Source of the DNA: Podarcis vaucheri
Lineage: Eukaryota
DNA: 64,000 nucleotides
Direction: 5' to 3' (one strand)
Assembly: GCA_965113315.1 (NCBI GenBank)
Contig: OZ220375.1
Both the position numbers and the translations under genes were made by a program. The notes beneath the pieces were generated by a model that was not told where the DNA came from, did not search any database, and worked only from the letters and a program-made list of their open reading frames with translations. Below, piece after piece: positions 38,060-64,000 of the stretch (positions are counted from its first letter, which is position 1; every line of letters starts with the position of its first letter).

Positions 38060-39390
38060 TCGCTTTCGGGGCGCTTCCCTGAGCTGGACGGGGCGGGCGG
38101 CGAGACGGGGACGGAGTGGCGTCCCAGCAGCGCCGCCTCCTGCTTATGGGGCGCCGGTGGGGGGAGCCAGGCGGCGGGGAGGGGCCGAGGGGGCGGGCGG
38201 AGAGCCACGGCCAGGCCGAGGAGCATGTGCAGAGCGCGAGGCTCCGCTCCGGGGGGAAAGATTCCCGGGGGTCTCTTTTGGGAAGCCCCCCAAAGCAGGT
38301 CCCGAAGGGGCGCCCCCTTCCCTCCCGCCTGGGGGTCCCAGGAGCGATCTCCTGCCTCCGAGTGGGGAAGGCAACACGACACGCGTCGTGAGAAGGGCGC
38401 CCCCGAGATCGCGCGGCAGTTTCGGACCCGCAGCCGCAGCCCCAGGAGGGAAGGGGAGCCCGGGGGTCGGGCGCGCCTCTCCTCCGGCAGCGAAGCCCAC
38501 GCGGCGCCAGCGGGACCCCGAAGGATGCTGCGAGGGAGTCGGAAAGAGACAGGGGCGGCCTAGCGGTTAGAGTCCGTCGTGGAACTCGGGGTGTAATTGC
38601 AAAAGGAGAGAGACATGCAAGATGCCCGCTCAGACGTGCATTCGTGACTCATTCATCTTTCATTTTTGAAATAGAAGATTGTTATATAATCTTCCTTCGC
38701 CAAGATATCTTTTTTTAAAAAATCTATCATTTCTCAATTAAAATAGCAGATAATACAAGAATATTACCTAGCTCGGAGTTAAATTCATTTTGGAACAAGA
38801 AGAGTAGAATACTAGGATCTGAGGACAGTAGAGTTGAATGAGGGACACCCAGGGGTCATCCAATCCAACCCCCTGCGATGCTACAGATCCCGGGCAGTTG
38901 GTTTAAATTTTCTGCTTAAAAACACCCAATGAGGACAGTTCAAGTGCAAAAGCATGATTTACTATTATTATTATTATTATTATATTATTATTATTATTAT
39001 TAATGATCAAATAATGATTACGGAGTCTTCCGGTCGCTTAATATCATTAATAATAATAATAATAATTACTATCATTAATTACGCCCAATGGAGGCGCCAG
39101 AAGACTCTTTCAGACGGGCGACCCCCGTCTGAGGGAACCTCCGCCCTCTGTGTGTGGCGTCATAGGAAGCTCCCGCCAATCAGGGCCGGGTGGGCGTGGC
39201 TTCGTTGCCACGACTTGAAGGCGGCGGCGGCGATCAATGGAAGCGCCGGCGGGGGGATTTCCCTGAGGCGCCTGACCAATAGAAAAGCGGGAAAGGGAGA
39301 GCCCCGCCCACCAGGGGGCCAGAATAGGAAGCAGATGGACCAATCGGGAGAGGGGAGGGCGGACGGACAGGAGGAGGAGGCAGCAGCTGG
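38060..39390. promoter_or_regulatory. Divergent promoter region of PCOLCE (-) and MOSPD3 (+): two CpG islands, CCAAT cluster, CTCF-like motif
   Basis: CpG-rich at about 37560-38600 and 39080-39430. CCAAT at about 39085, 39176, 39276 and 39340. CCACCAGGGGGC at 39308-39319. GTGAG donor at 39390. Confidence 0.65.
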
Positions 39391-39799
39391 TGAGAGAGGG
39401 GCGGCTGCGGGGGGGGGAGAGAGGGAGGGAGACACGTGGAGGGACCCCCCCAAAACAAATGGGGGGGCTTGGTCAGTGACCCCTCTGCCCCTCCGCAGCA
39501 GCCAGCCAGGAGCTACTGTCTAGCCTGCCACTCGGGGCAGAGACCTAGGCAGCCCCTGGGGGGGGGGGCGCGGGGGGAATCGGGGGTCCAGGAGCTGAGA
39601 GGGGGCTTGCTGCACCACCACCTTCTCTCTCTCTCCTGGCCTCCTAAGAGCCCGGCTGGATCAGGCCCGTCCAGTACAGCCTCCTGTCCTCACAGTGGCC
39701 AACCAGATGCCCCAATGGGGAACCCACAAACAGGATCCGAGCAAAAGAGCAACTCTTCCCTCCTGCAGTTTCCAGCAACTGGAGTTCAGAAGCGTTGCT

Positions 39800-40172
39800 C
39801 CTTGTCCTGAATGACTCCCTGGTTCTGAATGGGGTAACTGTGCCCCCGAAGGACCAGGTGCGCAGCCTGGGAGTCATTCTGGACTCACAGCTGTCCATGG
39901 AGGCACAGGTCAATTCCGTGTCCAGGGCAGCTGTCCGCCAGCTCCATCTGGTACGCAGGATGAGACCCTCCCTGCCCGCGGACTGTCTGGCCAGAGTGGT
40001 GCATGCTCTGGTTATCTCCCACTTGGACTACTGCCATGCGCTCTACGTGGGGCTACCTTTGAAGGTGACCCGGAAACTGCAACTAATCCAGAATGCGGCA
40101 GCTAGACTGGTGACTGGGAGCGGCCACCGAGACCACATAACACCGGTCCTGAGAGATCTGCATTGGCTCCCA
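39800..40172 (+). mobile_element. L2 LINE internal fragment preceded by a CR1-derived piece (from 39645)
   Basis: LNGVTVPPKDQVRSLGVILDSQLSMEAQVNSVSR...LHWLP peptide. Confidence 0.85.
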
Positions 40173-40697
40173 GGATAATAATAATAATAATAATAATAAT
40201 AATATTTGCAGAGCCCCCCACCCCTCCGGGGCTGCTGCGGCTGCTCCAGGGTTGGGGCATCCCTCTGTGGGGAGGGAGACGCAGGAGCCGAGAGAAGAAG
40301 CGGGCAGAGGGGGGTATTGGGGAATTAAGAAGCGGGGTGATTGGAGCAAGGGAGAAATGGACCCCCACACCACCATCCAGGGTGGTTGGGTTCTCATGCC
40401 ACCTGGTTATGCCCCCCCCCCACTTGAGGCGCAAGAGTGTTCCGCTGTTGTGCTGCCGTCTCCTTCCCTTTGGGCATCCGGATGCCCACTCTGAGGACGG
40501 CAGACTGGGCAGGAACCCCCCCCCTTTCGATGCCCCCCTTTTGCCTTGCTGACTCTTACATCCTAGGACTCTTCCCCCAGCGCTGGGGGTCACCCTGGGC
40601 CTACAACCTTTGCTCCTCTGTGCATACGCAGAGTGCATTTCCCAGCCTGCCGACCCTGGGCAATGACAGCCTCTCCCATAAAGGGGAAGAGGACTTC

Positions 40698-43140
40698 ATG
40701 CTCAGAAGACAGCTGAGGAAACCTCTGGGGATGGATCGATGCCCACAGACACCTCCTCCTACCCCTTGCCCAGGAACACCTGCTGGCGGAGAGCAAGCGA
40801 CGACCCTGCGCCCAGGAAGCAACCAGCCTGGCCCGGCAAGGAGAGGGCAGCAGCGGGCGATCGTTCGTCATGGGGCACCCCTTTCTCCACAAGGCCTGGG
40901 TGAGTCTCTTGTGGGTGAGGGAGGGAGCAGAACGGGGTCCAAGAGGCTAGTTCCTGCTGTGGCAGGACTGCCCCATGCCCACCTGTAGCTGCCCCACACA
41001 TATCAAGGCCCAGGGTCCCTCTAGCTGCTGACCGGGAGTCTATAGTTCGCCACCCGCATTGAGACATGCAGCCTGTGTAACAGTCTGCTATATACGAAGG
41101 CACCTGTATTAAATAAGAAATGTGAAGCGCCACTGATTGGGTATCCTTGCGGTTTCGGTGGCAGAGATTGGAGGGGCTTGAGGTTACCTGAAAGAGGGTC
41201 CCGCTTCAAAAGCAGGTCAGAGGTTATCTGTGGGAAGGGGCTGCGGCGTTTGTTCTGCAAGGCAGAAGGTCCTGGATTTGGCCACTAGGCAGGGCTTACA
41301 TGAAACCCTGAAGGCTAGCCAGAGGGCAGACCAGCAGTGAGGACACTTCTGGCCCCCCAGATGTTGCAAGACTCCAGTTCTCACCATGCCTGGCTGCTGA
41401 CCGTAGGGGTGGCAGATGGGAGCCCATGGGGGTGGGAAGCGAATCTGTATTTATTTACTGCATTTCATGTCTTGCTTTTTTCTCCAAAAAAAGAGAAGCC
41501 TGCGGTTCCCTTTTCCCCCTCTTTAATCCCCACAACTCCCCTGCGAGGTAGTTGAGGCAGTGATAGGGGAAGTGGGAGGATTCGAACCCTGCTCTCTCCC
41601 AGCTCAGAGTCCAACACTTGAACTTATTACAACACAATGGCATCTTGAAAGGAAAGGAGCAGACTTTCCTCTTAAAGGAGCCACACAGAGGTGGAACGGC
41701 AGGCTGAGTTAAAGGTGGGGTGGGGGAGCCCTTGGCAGCCCCCTCTTGTTGCTCTCACCCACCAAGGGGGCATGCGTGGATCCCCCAAATGAAAGGGGAG
41801 TTCAGGCAGCCTGCAGAGCAAACTCCAAGTTCCCCATCATCCCGGAGAGGTCAAACTCCATCCACTGAAGCGGCTTTTGCATTCACAGAGTTGGGAGGGA
41901 ACCCCAGGGGTCATCCAGCCCAACCCCGCTCCCGGCAACGCAGGAACCAGCAGCCGCAAGCCGAGAGCACGGCTCTTCCTTTCCCCCTCTGTTCTCTTTG
42001 GAGACAACCCTTCTCCCTGCTGCAAACGGAGACACAGACCTTTCTGCTTGCAAACTTCCCTCCTCCCTTCCAGGCCGCGCTGAGCCCATCCCTCCCCGGA
42101 TCTTCGTCCTCTACCTGGCGCTGGCCGGCACCTGCTTGGTTCTCCTGATGCTGCCCCTGGAGGGTCAGCCAAGCCCGTTGGTGCCCCCTGCCCTCCACGT
42201 CACCCTCCCCCAGAAGCTGGTGGCTGCTTATGTCCTCGGTGAGAGCTTCTCTGGGGAATGGGATGGGGGGGCGTCTCTCGCACTCAGATCCAGATTGCAC
42301 TGGATGGTCACTGTGAGGACAGGATCCTGGACTAGATGGGCCCCTTTGGGCCTGATCCAGCAGCCAGGTTGCTTCTTTTATTCCTTATATATTGTATTCT
42401 ATTATGGCATTCAAATAGTTCTACAATAAAATGCAATATACAGGAAGCGATTAAAATGCAAAATCGAAAACCGTACAGCATCTAGCATGCAGCACGGTAC
42501 CATGACTGCCACAGGGGGCAAAATCTGCTCAGCAATTTTCCAGTGGTCCTCAGGGTAGAATAAGTAGAATCGTAGAGCTGGAAAGGACCCCAAGAGGATA
42601 TCCAGTCCAACCCCCTGATGCAGGAATCTCAGCTGACACATCCAGGCCTGATGGCCATATCCAGACTCTGCTTAAAAACGTCCAAAGGACGAGAGTTCAC
42701 AACTCCCAAGGAAGGCTATTGAATGGCTCTTACTGTTGGGGGAACGGGGACATTTGCAATTTACTGAGTTAGGACAAGTTCCTCCATCCTTCCCAACGGC
42801 TGGTGTGAGCAGTGGTGGAGGGATATTCCCATCATGCTTTGCTCAAGAGCATCCACTAGAGCAGAGACGATCCATCTCCCAAGAGCCCTGTTTAGGGAAG
42901 CTTTTAATGTTTGATACATTACTGTATTTTAATATTGTGTTGGAAGCCGCCCAGAGTGGCTGGGGTATAAATAATAAATTATTATTATTATTACTAGTCA
43001 CCGCATGATGTTTTGGACCTCAGCCCTCTGGGGGCTGATGGGATTTGTGCTCCTCCCTGGGATCAAGGCGAAAATTCCTGATCTCCACCTCTCTTCCTCT
43101 TCTTCCAGGCCTCTTAACCATGGCATTCCTGCGATCCTGA
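40698..43140 (+). CDS. MOSPD3: MOSPD3 orthologue with the transmembrane C-terminus intact but no recognisable MSP domain (about 132 aa from ATG 40698)
   Basis: Exons 42074-42238 (IFVLYLALAGTCLVLLMLPLEG...[15 protein letters not shown]) and 43109-43140 ([10 protein letters not shown]) match the MOSPD1/3 C-terminus ([25 protein letters not shown]). The upstream phase-1 exon (40567)-40899 has a Pro-rich PTPCPGTPAG segment. Syntenic with PCOLCE. The 5' model is uncertain. Confidence 0.75.
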
Positions 43141-43455
43141 CCTCCTGGGGGACAGCTTGACCAGTAGGGCAATGAACCCTCTTCTCTTCCTCCCCACTAC
43201 CAATGGGATCTGTGCCCGCCTATCCACCATGGCTGCGGACGGAAGGAGTGCCCTGTCTTACAAGGGTCATCCACGCTTCCTCTGAGTGCGAATGCTGACA
43301 GCCTTTTTTGCAAGCCCTGGTTGTTCATTCTCCCCGCTGGCTGGGCCTGGAAGGGGGAATGGGTCTGGGGTGCAGCACCTTGAAAAGGGGCAGGAGATTT
43401 TGGGGGGCACGGGAGATCGGGCCACGCCACCAGCAACGCCTTTTCGACATGTTGA

Positions 43456-43461
43456 AATAAA
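43456..43461 (+). terminator. Candidate MOSPD3 polyadenylation signal
   Basis: AATAAA about 315 nt after the stop codon. Confidence 0.5.
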
Positions 43462-43799
43462 AGCGAGGCACCCGAACGGAGGAAGCGGTGTGCTGCGAGG
43501 CATCACAATTCACCAGCTGTGTCTTGTCTGGACGAGAGGCTTGCGGTGGGGGGGCAGGAGGGGAAGCAGCGTCCTCAGCAAGGCGCGAGGAACAGAAAAC
43601 AGGAGAGGGCTTGACCTGTGGGGTCGGCGGCCAAGAGAAACAGGGATTTGCGTCACCAGGGAGGGAAGGCGGGGAGAATCGCGGCCTGGTTTTGCTGAGC
43701 AGGCCAGAAAATGGGAGGCTCTCTGGTGGGGGGGCTTGGGAGGGTCTGCCCTGCAGTGCTCCCAAGGGAGTCCATCCCATAGTCAAATGCCCTTGTGAG

Positions 43800-44210
43800 T
43801 CAGTTATTCCTTCCTTGCAATATCAAGCCCTGGATTCGAGTCCTACCCTCTGGAGCAGCAGGAAACATGCTTGCTCCATCTTTCACGTGGCAGCCCTGAA
43901 GATATTGGATGTTGGCTCTCATCTCTCCTCTTCTCCAGGCTAAACACACCCAGCTCCTTCAACCGTTCCTCATCAGGCTTGGTTTCCACACCCTTAAACC
44001 CTTAATCCTCTCGGTTGCCTCCTTCTGCGCCCCTTCCAGCTTGTCAATGTCCTCTTTAAATTAGGGTGCCCAGAACTGGACACAGGACTCCAGGTGTGGC
44101 CTGACCAAGGCAGGATAGAGTGCGATTATTCCTTCCCTTGATCTGGACACTAGACTTCTGCGGATGCAGCTGAGAATAGTATTAGCCTTTTTTGCTGCTG
44201 CATCACCCTG
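43800..44210 (-). mobile_element. CR1 LINE fragment
   Basis: [46 protein letters not shown] peptide. Confidence 0.8.
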
Positions 44211-44386
44211 TGGATCGATCCTTTTCACATGTGCAGCTGTCAAGCCAGGTGCCCCCCATCTCATCGGAGGTGATAAAGACCCCCCATGCCAGCCCAGCAC
44301 CCCACACCCACATCACCCCTCAAACCGCCAGCGTTTGCAAGGAAGGGAGGAGAATCCGTTGAGAGATGTGGCAGGTTGTCCCCACC

Positions 44387-44392
44387 TTTATT
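44387..44392 (-). terminator. Candidate KIF1C polyadenylation signal
   Basis: TTTATT about 1.9 kb downstream of the KIF1C stop, at the edge of unique sequence. Confidence 0.45.
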
Positions 44393-46265
44393 GGAACAGG
44401 ATAACAGTAGAGGGTCTTCAGCCACATTTCCAGGGGCAGCAGCAGCCACTCAGCCCCCCACACGCACGCACGTGGACACACACAGACAGGCACCCCCTGC
44501 CCCATACATACTTCCCACAAATCCCTCTCACGAAAGGGGGGGGGACCCACAAGAAAGCCCTCGGGGGACACACCACAAAAAGCAGTTTTGGAAGGGCTGG
44601 ACAGACCCACTTAGAACCCTAGAATTGTAGAGTTGGAAGGGACCCCCAAAGGCCATCTAGCCCAACCCGCGCTGTGCTCGTGCAAAGCTTGTGGGGGTGG
44701 GGGAAGAGAGTGCGCCATGAGGCTGCCCCCTCTTGGGGTTCCACAGGATTGCTGGTCGGGGGGCAGGCCTTTGGCTGCAGTGAGAAAGCAAGGGGGTCAG
44801 GGGGCAGTAGCAGCCAACAGGCGGAGCCGAGCCCATCAGCTTCAGTGGTTTTTTTGGAGGGTGTTTGTGTGTTAAAAATAGGATATTGCAGCCGCAGAGA
44901 TAGGAGGCTTGCCTCTCTTCCGCCCATCTCCCCAGGAGGAAAAAAAAAAGGCCCATTGAACGATAATTAGACATCTTGCCCTACTGGGTGTCGTAGGAGT
45001 AGCCCCATTTTATAGAACTGCAGAGCTGGAAGAGACCCTGAGGGCCATCTAGTCCAGCCCCCTGCAATGTGGGAATTGCAGCTGAAGAGGGGCTGCTTCA
45101 TCCCAGCCCCCAACCCGACCCAGAACTAATAGAAGAAAGATTGACAGCACGTGAGTGGTGTCAGAGGAAAATACAAAAGAGATCTTCCTGCCCCCTCCGT
45201 AGAGGGCAGGAAAAACTTTTTTTTTTGGGTGGGGGGGAGGCCTTCTCAGTGGCCACAACCTTGGCCTTCAAAGTGGACTTCAACTTGCCCCCCCCCCCGG
45301 GGGGGGGCAGTATTCCAGCCACAAGCAGAGTGTGTGCTGCTCCAAGACAAAGCGTGTGACAGCAGCCCTCAATAGCCCGGCCAGAGAGGTTTCCTCAGCC
45401 CCATAAGTTCCCCTTCAACAAACAGGCTGTTCCTTGGGGTGGGGAGGGCAGGGCAGCACCACTTAAAAGGGGGCCAATGTGCTCCAGCCCCCCTGCCCCA
45501 CAAAGTGGGGAGTGGGGGCACCCCAACCGCCCCTCCACCAGCAAGCCAAGGGGGGGCTGAAGTGCGCCTCTGCCCCACTTTGGAATTGTCTAAAACAGGC
45601 AGGCAGGACCCCCATGCTTTGACTTTAGGGAGAGGGGCAACTGGGGTGTGGGGGAAGCCCCTCAGCCCCACATGCCCACCTTCTTACCATGGCCTTCTCT
45701 GGACAAACCCACCCACTCTTTCCTTATAGACTTGTAGAGGTGGAAGGGAACCCCAAGGGTCCTCTAGACCAACCCCCCGCGGTGCAGGAATCGCAGCCCA
45801 AGAATCCCTGACAGGCGGACGCCCAACCTCTGCTCAAGAGGAAGCCCACCACCTTCCACGGCCGGAAGGCCTCTTGCGCCAAACTCTCCTGACCTCCTTG
45901 CACAAACCCTCCACAACCTCCTCTATCACACAGCCTTAAAACCAAACAGCAACCCATTCTTTCCCCCTCCTAAACCCGTTCCTATTACAAAAAAAAGACA
46001 CCTACGACGACCTCTTTGGCTTTCCCAGCCAGAAAAGACCCTGCTGATCCGACTCAGCAGCTCCTGAAACCGCAGCAGCGCTCAAAACACCCACCCTCCA
46101 TCGCCCAAGTTTCCCTCGCCCCACAAGAAGGAAGCTCTGTGCTGCAGAATCATGTCCGTCCGTGGCAGGCGGGCAGCCGTCCGGGATCTGAGGCTACTGC
46201 TGCCCCCTCCCTGCGCGCCCCCATTCCTGCTTCCGCCTGGCCAGGGAGCGCCAGATCGTCCCGGG

Positions 46266-63768
<17,503 letters not shown>

Positions 63769-64000
63769 CTGAAAAAGTGGGTGAAAATAATTTACAGAAT
63801 CTTAGAATTGTATTTTTTTTAAATATATATTTATTAACATTTTCTGTAATGAAACACAAACAAAAATTAACAGCCACACACAAAAAGAAAAAAAAAGTAT
63901 AACAAGCATACGAAAATACTAAACTTAAAAACAATTAAAAACACATAAAGTTTCAATTACTTATTTCTTTTAACTTATTTCTCAGACCTCCTCACATCTT

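Noticed and set aside
37769-38570. 264-aa and 230-aa ORFs antisense to PCOLCE exon 1
   Set aside because: GC-rich promoter artefacts.
41038-41260. Short peptides SIVRHPH and SRFKSRSEVICGKG faintly resembling MOSPD3 IVIRH...DRFRI
   Set aside because: Interrupted by stops, no usable splice sites, and similarity too weak to call an MSP exon. At most a decayed remnant.

Overview
This is vertebrate genomic DNA from a squamate, most likely a lacertid lizard, judged from the Sauria/Squam SINEs, BovB, CR1, L2 and Penelope repeats. It is GC-rich and gene-dense, and most entries in the six-frame ORF track are spurious. Splice-aware reading by eye gives six genes in order. (1) LRCH4 first coding exon (-). 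(2) Complete FBXO24 (+, 10 coding exons), sharing a CCAAT-rich CpG-island promoter with LRCH4. (3) A PAQR9-like membrane receptor with an intronless CDS (-). (4) Complete PCOLCE (-, 9 exons). (5) A MOSPD3 orthologue (+) that keeps the C-terminal transmembrane exons but shows no recognisable MSP domain. (6) The 3' 14 coding exons of KIF1C (-). The most notable items are the PAQR9 paralogue beside PCOLCE, which mirrors the human PCOLCE2-PAQR9 pair and has no counterpart at human 7q22; the MSP-less MOSPD3, with a locally duplicated inverted repeat block where the MSP exons should be; an intact minimal hammerhead ribozyme in a Penelope remnant; and 7q22-type genes lying directly next to 17p13-type KIF1C. 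Gene identities rest on recalled protein similarity. No database search was run.
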